This document shows positions 13,801 to 26,086 of a stretch of DNA of 64,000 nucleotides, one piece after another; position 1 is the stretch's first letter, and each line of letters starts with the position of its first letter. The position numbers and the translations under genes are program-made. Origin of the DNA: Octopus bimaculoides (taxonomy: Eukaryota); the NCBI RefSeq assembly GCF_001194135.2, contig NC_068984.1, positions 82,495,270 to 82,559,269 on the forward strand. The letters are read 5' to 3'. The notes under the pieces are model-generated. The model made no database searches. It saw nothing but the letters and a program-made list of their open reading frames with translations, and was not told where the DNA came from.

Positions 13801-14919
13801 AGATCTCTTCTGCTAGGCCAATGTCTAGAAATAGGAGCCAAACTTCTTCAAATCCCATCCTACCATCTTGATAAAAAGATGTCTTGAAACATGCAGTCCT
13901 TAATATACAAAAGGATGAAATGGGATGATGAGTACTGCACTGTTTTTCCAATGAAGATTGCAAACTCAAGAACAATGGAAAGATGTCTACCTTTTCATCT
14001 ATGACAGCATGTAAAAAAAATAATCAAATAAGTATAGTTGCACATCCTACAAGAAATAGCAGCCAAATCTTCAAATGATATCTAATTATATTGGTTAGTT
14101 CAGTTTTTAAATCCACTTGTACCTCAGCTTTTTGGGGTTTTGTGGTTGGTTTCTAAATCTGATTCCAGCAATTTACTTAAAAGGTCTGGATTTGATAACT
14201 ATATTAGCAGGTTTATGTTGTAAATTCCCATGTTTTTGGGTTATGTTGATCAGAGTATGTGAGTAATAATTTCATCTACTCAGAATATACTGTAGTTAGA
14301 TGTCATAGCCTGTGAGAAAGTCTCTCTCTCTCTGGGTACAGATTAAAGTTGTATAAAATAGTTCAATTATGACAGCAATAGAAACTTTACTTTTTAGTGA
14401 ACAGTGGTGTGACCGAGTTCATGTAATATGTTGGCTTCATTTCACTTATATTATTAATGAACTTCACTGGTAATATATGTATATGTTCTCTTTATACGGA
14501 GTGTAAAAAAACAATATTTTATGGTTTTGTCACGATAAGAGATACTACTGATTGCAGATAGTCAGGTAGAAAATATAGAGAGTAGATATTTTCCAGCCTT
14601 ATTTCCTTTCAGTGTGAAATAATAATACTTTCTACTATAGGTACAAGGCCTGAAATTTTAGGGGAATGGGACCTGATCAGCAGAATACAAAACGTGGAAG
14701 TGCAAAATGCTCCAGTTTGGTCAGACAAACTGAGATTAGGCAAGATGGTCAGACAATCATGGATGGGAGCTATCTGGGCATTCACCACTTCAGATATCCT
14801 TTCAAGAAAGATTCCCCTCAGCTTTTCTTGGTAAGGCAGGCCATTCTGCTCATCTCATCCCTGTTCTGGCGATCTGGACCAAACCAGACCCTTAGCAATT
14901 TCATTAGTCTATCTGTAAA

Positions 14920-15140
14920 AAATGGTTTCAAATTTTTACACAAGGCCCAGTAATTTTGAGGGGAGGTGTGAGTTGATTACATTAATCCAGTGCTCAACTG
15001 ATACTTTATTTAATTGACTCCAGAAGGATGAAAAGTAAAGTTGACGGTGGGATTTGAGCTCAGAACATAAAGAGCTGGAAGAAATGCCATTAAGCATTTT
15101 GTCTGACATACAAATGATTCTAAAGCAGGTTTCTTTCTGA
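14920..15140 (-). mobile_element. tRNA-derived SINE
   Basis: acaaggcccagtaattttgagggg...ccagaaggatgaaaagtaaagttgac...gagctcagaac; same family as 18981-19440, 42920 and 58320. Confidence 0.75.
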
Positions 15141-15325
15141 CTTGACAAAAAGACATGTCTTAGTGCAAGTGTTAATATGTAATTTTGTGATACTTGTACC
15201 TTTTGCAAAAGCAACAAAAGTAAAGTGAACTAACATCAACTAAGAATTGGAACCAATTCATCAAGAGTTTTACCTTTTACTCTCAGGTGCTCTTACCAAA
15301 GAAATAATTCATCAGTTTCCTTCAG

Positions 15326-15356
<31 letters not shown>

Positions 15357-17008
15357 GCAAATCAATCCTAATTTTAGAGGTCACCAACTGTAATTACTTT
15401 TGGTAAGTAATTATGTTAACTATAGAAACAGGGCTGTTGGTGTTCCAAATGTGTTAATTTCAACCGTTGGTATTAAATGTTAAGTCATTTGATACATTAC
15501 CTTGGCTGAAGGTATTTTAAACATGTGCTAAAACAGTCTGCTCATAATAAATTCTTACATTCATTCTTTTCACATTGATAGAAGTATATTGCTGCTCTGT
15601 ATATCACTTCTGTGATATTTCGCCATCTCTCTCAACAGCACTAACATACAGGATGGATGGTCAAGACAACATTTTTACTGGATGGCCAGCTGAGAGATAA
15701 AGTACTTCAAAATAACTTAGCTATAAATAGGTTCTGCAGGATAGGAACACCACTTACTGCTGAAAGCAGTAGCAGCTCTGTAAAATTGTGTGTTGAGTCT
15801 AGTCTCACATATGAAATATAGTTTTGAGAGGAATGTGCTGATTTATTTCAGTTTCCATAAGAGGTAGTCAACTAGGTGGGAATTCTTATGCACTCAACAT
15901 GCCAAACCACTTTCACCATTAATCCCTATTCATAAACATGATCAGCTTTACTAAATCTAATATTGCATCTGGCTAGATGCCTGTTAACTTGTGAAATGTT
16001 ATGTATGGCTTTGACCTAGCTCTGACACAACGTCTTTCTAGCCTTAAAGAAGGAGCGGTTAAAAGTATATGTGGTCTTCTCAAAACATGCTCAATTAGCA
16101 TTATTTCACATAAAATGCAGCTCAAAGGTGTTTGGCATTTATCTCTTCTACTAATGTTTTTGTTAATATCCAAACCTAGCTCACTACTATAGAAGGGTTT
16201 GGTTGCAAGATTTGGAACAGTAACTTTATAATTTTAACACTTAACCAAGTAAAATAAAGTTTGTTTAGGAATAACTATACAACCCAAAAGGTTATGATGT
16301 TCGCCATGAAACTTTCAGCTAAACCCATTAAGGGCTTTTTCAAATTCTAGACTTAATGACATCTGATGATATTTCATGATAACTGCACATGCATATTTCA
16401 AGCTGCAGTTTAGTACAAATTGGGTACCTTTTAGGAGATCATAGAATGCCTCATCTCTGAACAACTGCTGATCACATAAGATGCAAATTTGCCTAACACT
16501 GCTCATGCTTCCAATGGTTCACATCCAAGACACCAACACAAGATTTAATAGGTAAGCAACAACTGTAATATGGATGGTAGAGGTATACTCTTAGCAGAGA
16601 AGTGGGTAAATAGAATGAATGGGATAGCCAAGATCCTACAAGTTTGAAATTTATGTGATAGTATTTGTGATGATTTATTCTGGAGCATAAGCTGGTCCTG
16701 AAGTCACTGGGAAATCTATTTGGAAAATTGTTGGACTGTAATTGCATGAGCAGAACTATAAAAAAAAAAAAAAAATGGTTTTGCTGGGAACATCCTGCTT
16801 TTTCAGAGAATGCATATCGCATAACATTAGTGTGGGTTTTTATATATATATATATAAGTTTGACATGGGCAATTCTTTCTTGTCCTGGGATTCATGGTCA
16901 AATGACTGGGTGGAATTGCACGAAAATCTATACATATGTAGAACGATCCAGTGGTGATGCTGGGCTTTGTATTTTTTTTTTTCATAGCTTCCATGGTTAC
17001 CGAAATAA

Positions 17009-17947
17009 TCTACTATAATCATAATCTTGTGTTTATGAATGATAAAAGAAGGGGCGAAACATAAATAAGGAAGGATGGGGTGATATCATACTTGATAGTG
17101 GGATGAAAATTGTACGCTGAAAAAATAAATGAAACAGCGTTTAAAATGTGTGAATGTAAAAGGAGGGATATGTGATTGCGTGTGCGAATGCAATGGAAGT
17201 GGGATGGTTGGGGTATGTGTTTGTGTGTGCGCAATGGAAGTGTGATGGTTAACATTCAACGCTGAAAAGAATAATCAAACAGCATTTCAACTGTGTATTT
17301 GGGATGTTTCACTTGAGTAAAATCTGTTCTCTATAAAGGTACATGCCTGTTTTTTGTTGATATAATTTCTTTGGTAATTCTCGACCAAATTTTATTTAGT
17401 GTCATTATTATTAAATTTATGCATTTCTAATCAATTTAGAGATATTTGCTATCGAGTTGCAGATTTTTTACAATGCATTTGGTGATTATTTGCTTTGTTT
17501 CTTGGGCAAAATCTACAACTTACAATAAAAAAATTAAATTATTTCATTTAAAAATTGATTAGCTTTGTTTTTAGTGATGACTCGAAATGGCAAATATTTT
17601 TTCTAACTGTATTTGCTTGAAAAAAGATACTTTTCTTTATATTTAGCAATTCTTTATAATTACTTTTACGATGTGCCTAAATAAAAACCATCATTATAGA
17701 TCAGCATTTCTCAACCTTTTTCACAATTCAGCTCGCCATGTATCTGAGATAGACCACCCAACCCATGAAAAATCTGACAAAGGGGTGGGGGGGAGTTAGG
17801 AAATTTTCATACAGCTGGAGGCTCCAATCGAAACAAGGGACCCGAAATGACATGGTTGAGAAACGCTATTATAGATTATGCCTAACCGAAAACGATTACA
17901 ACCACATCATTTAAAACAGACTGGGTGAAACCAGGCTTAGCTACTAG
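17009..17947 (+). mobile_element. Probable non-autonomous Helitron
   Basis: 5' A|TCTACTATAAT at 17008/17009. 3' short hairpin (ctgg gtgaaa ccag, 17921-17934) followed about 9 nt later by CTAG|T at 17947/17948. No TSD, as expected for Helitrons. Confidence 0.5.
17702..17868. mobile_element. hAT MITE (167 bp) with perfect 8-bp TSD, nested in the putative Helitron
   Basis: TIRs CAGCATTTCTCAACC / GGTTGAGAAACGCTA; TSD TTATAGAT at 17694-17701 and 17869-17876. Confidence 0.88.
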
Positions 17948-18980
17948 TATATGTATATAAAGGTGGCATAGTAAACTTCTGAAACAATGAAAGACTCAAA
18001 CACTTATGAAAATAGAAAACACACATTATGAAAAATATTTCAATTTAAATTATATTTTAAAGACTCCAATTACTGTGTTTTTGGACAGATGTAGTTACAG
18101 ATGCCATTTGAAGCAACTGCAATAAAAATTCTTAGCTAAAACAAACCTGTTTACATTCATCAATTTAGACAAGGATAGCAACTCGTACATTGGTAGTGTC
18201 CTAGATGTTTATATAGTCAGAATGCCTGAAGGTGAAGGAAACAAGTTTCAACATCTAACATATGGCCTTGCTCAATATACAGGAATTAATAGGAATTTGA
18301 TACTATGACTCCTACATATAAGCAGGCATAAATATGCATTTAATTTTAATTAGGAACTAAGATCAGATGTTCTAAATGTAAAGGCACCAATGAAATAAGA
18401 TTAAGAAACTTCCTATAAGTCTGACTACTCAAACTTAGATATTACCTGATATGACTATAGCATGCAAAAATGGACAGAGTGACAGTCAGAGAACTATTAG
18501 TTCATTTGGTAAGAAAACATTTCTTTCTTGAACTTCATAAACAGTTTGGTGTGGTGAGATAAGCAATGGATGTAGATCTGTAGCAGGAGAGAAATTAGCC
18601 AGTTAGGAACCATCGGTTGAGTAATATTAGTTTGCATAACCAACAGTTGTATTCCTTTCTATTAGCAGTCTCAGGAAGTCCTATAAAAATGTTGGTGCTT
18701 CCTTCCCCCTCTAAGCTATTCATTAAAGAAAAGAAGTTACACTTCACTTTCTGAAGTATACAATATAACAAAAAAATATCCATTCCAAATAACTGATTTT
18801 AACAGATGCATCCATCTGGCATTGGAGATAAAAAAAAAGCTGGAATGTCAACTGCTAAAATATATTGTTTTAGGGAACAAATAAATGAACAGCTACAAAG
18901 AATTCAAGTGTGCATCGATATTCAACTTGTGAACATTATCAATATATTTACTTTAGTAAGGGTACTTCAAAATAATTCTA

Positions 18981-19440
18981 ATTTTGATACAAGGCCAGTA
19001 ATCTTAAGAGGAGCGGGCTAGACAATTATATCTATCCCAGCACTTGACTAGTACTTTATTTTATCAGCCCTGAAAGGATGAAAGTCAACCTCAAAAATTT
19101 GAACATGGAAATGCAAAGAACTGAAAGAAAAGTTGTCAAGCAAATAATAATATAATGGCTTCAAATTTTGGTACAAGGCCAGCAATTTCAGGAGAGTGGC
19201 GATAATTATATCAATTGATACTTACTTTTTCGACCCTGAAAAGATGAAAAGTAAAGTGAGTCAACCTTGGCAAATTTTGCATTTTATCTAATGTGCTAAC
19301 TGACCTGTTAGCTCACCACCAGTGATAACAACATGGTTTTAAATTTTAGAACAAAGCTAGTAATTTTTTGGGAGGTGAGGATTGATTACACTGACTCCAG
19401 TATTGGACTGGTATTTTATTTTATCAACCCTGAAGTACAA
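18981..19440 (-). mobile_element. Three head-to-tail SINE segments (period about 180 bp)
   Basis: Units start attttgatacaaggccag (18981), aattttggtacaaggccag (~19165) and aaattttagaacaaagctag (19341). Each contains ttttatc..ccctgaa. Confidence 0.7.
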
Positions 19441-19627
19441 TTCTGACTAGTGTATAATTGGGATATTGTAACCCTTTTGCAACCATACTTCAAACAAGAA
19501 TACATTCTACTTTTGTTTACATTTTCAAAATAGCAAAGAATTAAAAGGTTTAGTGAAATAAATAGAAGAAAAGACATGGAAATCACTATTTTACATTGAC
19601 AATGATATTTAAGTTTGAATTTAAATT

Positions 19628-20130
19628 TCAACACTTTAATAGCAGCATGTTGGTTCCAGGAGTTAACATAAACACTAGTTTTTTTTCCATAACATATTTG
19701 CCCTTGGAACAGTTGATTATACTGCAAGACCAGTCATTAAATATGACACCTTGTATGACGTGGCTGACCAACTTGAAATCTATTTTGCCAGATATTTTCA
19801 GCATCTTATTAACTATACCAGATCGACCAGTTGCTTTCCTCAACTTCATATCCTTGGTCATTTCAACCATATAACTATTCTGATACTCCTGGCTCTGAAC
19901 ACCTGTGTACCTTTCAGCTTCTCTCCATGCTAAGTACACTTGTCATCTAGAAATAGTGTTCTGCTTCATTGCCCACTTTCTTCCATTCCTCATTATCCAG
20001 TCATCTTTCCAGAACCTACGATAAAGCCTTTACAATATAGTGGTTACCTGAATTGACATAAGTCAAAGCTAGCAGTCATTCTCCTATTTCAGAATTCTTC
20101 CAATTTATTCAATATCTGGCTTAACTGAAT
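19628..20130 (-). mobile_element. RTE-clade LINE reverse-transcriptase fragment (decayed)
   Basis: KDMKLRKATGRSGIVNKMLKISG...QGVIFNDWSCSIINCSKGK corresponds to the LINE RT-proximal motif K.GKAPGP.GI.AEMLK...IP.DW..S.I...YKGKG. Confidence 0.7.
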
Positions 20131-20629
20131 ATGGTTTAATGAGGATTCTTTGTGAGTGTACATTATATATATATATATAATAAACAAAGTCGAATGGACC
20201 ATGACAGTTCACATGCCACAAATGTTTCAATAGCTTGGTAATTTATTAGCAATAAGGATATTATGTAGGTAAAAGTCACCAGCTATTTCTTTGGACATTT
20301 TAGAACCATTGGAAAAAAAATAGTCTTCCCAAAACTTCAATTTTGAGAAAAACCTCAGAAGAGAACACATTGAACCCATCAATCTTCATCTATTATAGTT
20401 CTTCACCGCATGGCATGTAGCTAATGTTGATGTGCAGAATATTTGAGAACATTGAACAATTGAAATTGCATTAATCTTATGATCTGATGATAAAAAAGGG
20501 ATATTAATTTATTGGGTGTCCCAGCAATGTACACCGATAGCTAATATGATCAGTAAAATTCAAGCCAAATGATAACTTTGTTCTATATCAGTTTTCCATG
20601 CTAACAGGGGTTAGACATTATTATTAAGT

Positions 20630-21520
20630 AGACACTCAACAGCCACTGAATGGAGGGCTGGGCATGCTGTGGTTGCTGATGTGCAGACATATGCTGAGGT
20701 TGCAGCATCTCCAGCACTTCCTTGACAGTGAGCAGTTGTGGTCACTGTAAGGGGCTTTTCTGCAGCTCGTCTCTTTCACTGAGCTGCAATCCTGGATTAG
20801 GCATAGACCGAGGAGGAGCGCTTGGCACCTCAAGTTCTGTCAAGTGCTCACAGCCTTCCGCCAGGTGGGCAATGCGATCGGTGGTAGTTCCAATCTAGTG
20901 TTCTATAGAGGGCTAGTGGAGGGCAAGTGCAACAACGTTCTTGGAGAAACTCTGGGCATTGATAAAGATCAACTGACTGGTCTGTTTCGGAGAACTTTCA
21001 GGCCTGGGCCTATAGATAGTTTCCAGAAATGCCTTGCTTGGCAGTGCTATTGAGGGGCGCTGAAACTTTAAAGGCATGGAAGTGCCATCTACCAGGCCTG
21101 CCCAAGGTGCGGCCAGAACGATGAAAGTGTCCTACATGCCCTAGTCCAGTGTCTGAGTATTGCTGACCTGTGAGTTTATGTTGAACACCTGCTGCCCCAC
21201 CACCCTCTTTTGGCCTGGAGGGGCAGGCAATTTTTGTTTCGTGGCTGTAGCGAAAGAGGTAGTATGGTGGACCCGTTTGAAAGGGCTAAAGACAGACACT
21301 TTCCACTTTAGCCAAGCTCTCATCAAGGGTAAAGGGGGAAGTGTTGCCTTGTAGCAAGTTTGTTGAAAGGTGGGTGAATGTTGGAAGAATGGCCAGTGTG
21401 AAAGGACCAATTCTGAACGTGCACCTGTAAAATAAAGGATTCTTGCCCTGTTGTTCAGGCACCTGTGGCTTTTGTGGGTTTTTCCATAAGGACCCTTAAA
21501 ATGCACCCCCTATTGGGAGT
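20630..21520 (+). mobile_element. Tx1/L1-clade LINE ORF2 C-terminal fragment (pseudogenised)
   Basis: GGLGM motif, then the zf-RVT-like LAWQCY..AL...RHG...CPRCGQNDESVLHALVQC and AVAKEVVWWTRLKG. Several stops/frameshifts; GC-richer than the flanks. Confidence 0.8.
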
Positions 21521-22798
21521 TTTTAATTTGTTCAATTTTTATTATTATATTGTGTACATGCAAAAACCTATTGTATCGTCCTGTTTTTGTCTGATGTAGT
21601 TGTATGTCGTGAGCCCTTGTAGCTAATAAAAGAATTAATTATTAAGTGGACAACCATACTATAAGTTATTCTGGCTTGATTTTCATTAGTAGTAATTAAT
21701 GGTTTCATTCCGCATAACTTTATATGTATTTTCTTTTTATTACTTCCAATTTTTTTCCTGTAAGCCTGCATTTTGTGTTACATTTAAAAATTTTCACTTG
21801 ATATGGAAAGAATCTTTTTATGTCATGTTAACATTTGCCTGAATACCAAAGCTAACAGACAACTTATTGACAGAAAAATAAACAACTGTCACTATTTCGG
21901 CAAATTTTCATGCTAAATGGAAACATTTACAGACATATGTACCTGGGGAAGTAATAAAACATTTGCCCAAGTGGGACTGAACCCCCAAATCATACAGTGG
22001 AGAAGCATACTCCTCACCATTGTTATCTGCACTGTTTCTATTAACCAAATAGAACACTGAACTAGAAGACACCCTGGGCCAGACAACAGATTAAGTTTGC
22101 TACCAATTGTTTTTTTTTAAATTTCTGTCTTAACCATTCACCCACTCAAAATAAGAATATTTTTATTTGAGCGTTTCTGCTTTTGTTTAGCAAAAGACAC
22201 TCATCTTACACCGATCTGGTTCAACTGCACCATAGTCATAAAGCTTATTGTTAAATTCTTGAATAACAACTAAGAGTAAATTGAGCTGAGCCAAGGCATT
22301 CAGTGAATGCTGTAAATAGATAAAAGTACACATTACAAACGAATAGTTGATAGTTAAAGTGACAAAGAGATCAGCTTTATAACCTAACAGCATTATAAAT
22401 ACAAAAACCTTGGATATAGTGAACTGAAACCATTACATTGACAATTAAAAAGCAGGCTATAATAAATAGAATGCAAACACCTGAAAAGAGTTAAATCAAA
22501 TAATCAAATTTATTTACAGTTTCCCCAATGTATTTACAAGTTTCTTTAGGATGCATAGCATCAACAGTAAGTTGTCTTCCAGTAATATTGCAGTCGGCAG
22601 AAATTACTTGTATCTGATGATTGGTTGATATCAGTGGACAACAACTGCCATATAAACTGGAAGGCAACAAATGTTTCGATTATTGGTTTTTCTGTCCTCT
22701 ATTTCAGAAAGATCACATAGCAAAGGACTGTTTTTACAGCCATAAGACTGGCTGTCAAGCCCTACATCCCATCCCAAAGCCATTTTTACAACAAACCT

Positions 22799-23029
22799 TC
22801 AAGGTGGTAAACATTCCATCAAAGTTTGTTTAGCATAAGCACTTAGGCTATCAGGGAATTTGACATCAAATTCAACAATTAAGTCCCCTCTGCGCATTGG
22901 TTGTTTAGCTAAAGGTAGTCCTTCACCCTGTATTCGTTTCGTTGTTGAAGGTTTGATGATTTCTGTGAGACGGAAAGGGATTGTTCGATTACTGATGGTT
23001 GGAATTTGAATAGTGGTACCACAAAGAGC
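22799..23029 (-). CDS. DNAJB1/4/5: DNAJB exon 2 coding part ([18 protein letters not shown]...MECLPP*)
   Basis: Manual translation gives 76 codons plus TGA, completing CTD-II and the dimerisation helix. AATAAA on - at 22509-22514 is a plausible poly(A) signal. Confidence 0.95.
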   Translation of the reverse strand, partial: ALCGTTIQIPTISNRTIPFRLTEIIKPSTTKRIQGEGLPLAKQPMRRGDLIVEFDVKFPDSLSAYAKQTLMECLPP

Positions 23030-23254
23030 CTAAAAAAATTTTTAAAAAGAGTTATTAGATTATCTCAAAGTAATATTCACAAAAAAATCTAAACATTGGT
23101 TTTTAAAAGGTCAACATTTCAAAATTATTCAAAATAAAATGCAACCAAAGAAATAGTGTGTGTACACACAAATGCACTAAAAGAATGTGTTACAAATCTA
23201 CATTCCCCAATATTTTTGTGCACTAACATTACCAATACTCACATATGTGTGTGT

Positions 23255-23318
<64 letters not shown>

Positions 23319-25814
23319 AAGAGAGAAAGAGAGAGAGAGAGAGAGAAAGAGAAAGAAAAAGTGTATGCAAGCACGCACACACACATTTCTATATGTATAC
23401 ATACACACTGTTTAATATTCACTTTTCTATGCAAGCATGTGTCAGATGGAATTTCCAACCAGATGCCCTTTCTGTCACCAACCCTCACCAGTTTCAAAGT
23501 AAGATGTATATGAAAAAAAGGCAAGAATGTTAGCACTGAGTAGAATGCCTCACAATATGTATTTAAAATTTTGCCAAGGTCAACTTTGCCCTTCAGGGCT
23601 GATAAAGTAACAGCCCAGAGCAGAATAATTAGAGCAGGCAGGATGCCATGTATTATCTGTACCAGCTCTGTGCATCCCAAGTTTAAATCCTGCCTCTTCA
23701 ACAGGAAAACAGTGACACTTCTGTAAGTTGTGATCAGATAGTATTAAGAATTTGGAAAACCAAAAGAAATAATTTCCTTTGTTCAGTTGGAAGATGACTG
23801 CCACCACCACCACCAAAATTGGGTATAAGGAAACTGCATGAAAACTCATTGGATGATTGTACCGGTAATTGCCACATCTGGCCTGTGGGACTTTTCAGCC
23901 ACTGACACACTACTGTGGTAAATGAATTGCTGAAAATCAGAAATTCTGACCAAGGAATGTAGCTATGTGGTTAAGAAATTTATTTTCCAACAATATGGTT
24001 GGGTTCAGTAACATTGTGTGACACATTGGGCAAGTATCTTAAGCTCCCAAGTCACTGGCTTTGTGCTCTCAAGGATATGTGAAACACAAGGCCCTTTTTT
24101 GAAAAACCATCATCTGAACGTGGCCAATGCCAGTACTCCCCAACTTCCATGTCAGTGGCATGTAAAAAGCACTATCCGAACCTGATCGATGCCAGGTATG
24201 CCCGACTGGCTCCTGAGCTGATGGCACAGAAAAAGCACCCACAACACTCTCGGAGTGGTTGGCATTAGGAAAAGCATCCAGCTGTAGAAGCATTGCCAGA
24301 TCAGATTGGAGCCTGGTGCAGCCACTGGCTCCCCAGACCTCAGTCAAACCATCCAACCCATGCCAGCATGGAAAACAGATAGTAAACGATGATGATGAAA
24401 TAAGGGTTAGTATGAAAATGAACATAAAAACAATATACATGCACATGCACACACAAGCATCATCTTGATATCCACTTTTCGATGCTTGCATTAAGAAAGT
24501 TGGAATTTGTTGACAGCTTCATTTTTCCTGTCTCTGACCCTCACTTGTTTCCAAGCAAGGTAAAATGGGCTCATTGCTTAGAAATGAACACAATCACTTA
24601 AATGATGCTAATTCTCATTGACAACTATTACATGATGTCAAGACAAAACACACATCTCTGTGTATGATGAGCGACTTTCAGTTTCTGTCTATCAAATCTA
24701 CTCAAGGATTTGGCTATATAAAATAACAAAGATACCATGTAGAACTGAACCTGAAACTACATGGTTGGAAAGCAAATTTCCATAACTATAGAGCAATACC
24801 GATAACTAAAAAGTGATCTTCCCAAGATTTGCACAGAAATTTGAAACAAATACTGCATGACATCCTGCCCAATACTAACAATTCTGCCAACTTGTTACCT
24901 GTGTGTATGCGCACACACATATACAAGAGGAATTTACTACATCTGTAAAATGAAAGAGGTGGTAAGCACAAAATGTGATCATAATTCAATAGCAAGCCAA
25001 TAAGCATCACCATGCTTGTTTGTTGTAGATTGGTTTGTCCATGCTAGAATAGCTTGGACGAATACATATTCAGTAATTGTTTTACAGCTGAATGCCTTTT
25101 TGTCCACTAATGCTTGCTTACCTGTAGAGGATTTTTTTTATTCTACATATTTGAAAGTGCAGAGCAAGTGAATGATTTATTGACAATGTCAAACTACATA
25201 CACGGTGCATGGGACCTTGGGCAAGTGTCTTCTGTTATAGCCCTAGGTTATGGGAATAGTTTTGATGAATAGAAACTAAAGAAGCCTGTTGTGCATGTGT
25301 GTCCTTGTCTTAACATCACAAAACAAATATGTATGCACGCATACAAGCAGTTCTCGTTTTCACAGTAATTTATGAGGACACAACTTCACAAGAATTTTTT
25401 ATTTTTTTACATATGGGGTTGGGGGGAAATGGGATCATTTGAAGTGGGCGTGAAAGCGAAAGAGACAGAGAGCGCGCGATTGTATGAAGATAGTTCTTTT
25501 GAAGTTGGCGTGAAGCAGAAGAATTGATGTGCGTGTGTGTGTGTTTGATGGGGTGTGCGAGACAAAGTGTGGTGTGTATGTGAATTGCTTTTGTTAGTGT
25601 TTGTGAAGAGAGAGTGAGTAATGTTGCTTGTGTGTGTGTATGTGAGAGAGAGAAAGAAAAAAAGAGATAAATTTTTTTATTCACTTTTTGTAGTGAGTGA
25701 TTGACAGAGAACAAGAGAGTGAGAGATAGGTTATGTATGTATGTATGAATGAATGAATGGCTTCAGTGACACACACGCACGCAGGTTGTTATGTATGTAT
25801 ACATAGATGTGTAT

Positions 25815-25850
<36 letters not shown>

Positions 25851-26041
25851 TCTATATATGTGTGTGTGCGTCACTGAAGCCATACATACATACATACATA
25901 ACCTCTCGCTCTCTTTTTCTGTCAATCACACTCACACCCCATCAAACACACACACACACACACGAAATATGAATATTCCCATGTCAGGAATGAAACCCTG
26001 GTCACCTGGGCGAAAGCCAAGAACCCTGAACACTAAATCGT

Positions 26042-26086
<45 letters not shown>

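Noticed and set aside
11600-13980. Cluster of overlapping short ORFs and LINE-like patches downstream of CAD
   Set aside because: Probably a very decayed retroelement, but I could not recover a diagnostic RT or endonuclease motif, so it is not called.
23156-23701. RERERE / SLSLSL ORFs; likewise the YIYI and HTHT ORFs at 25.4-26.1, 41.2-41.8 and 49.6-49.9 kb
   Set aside because: Translations of microsatellites; no splice or homology support.
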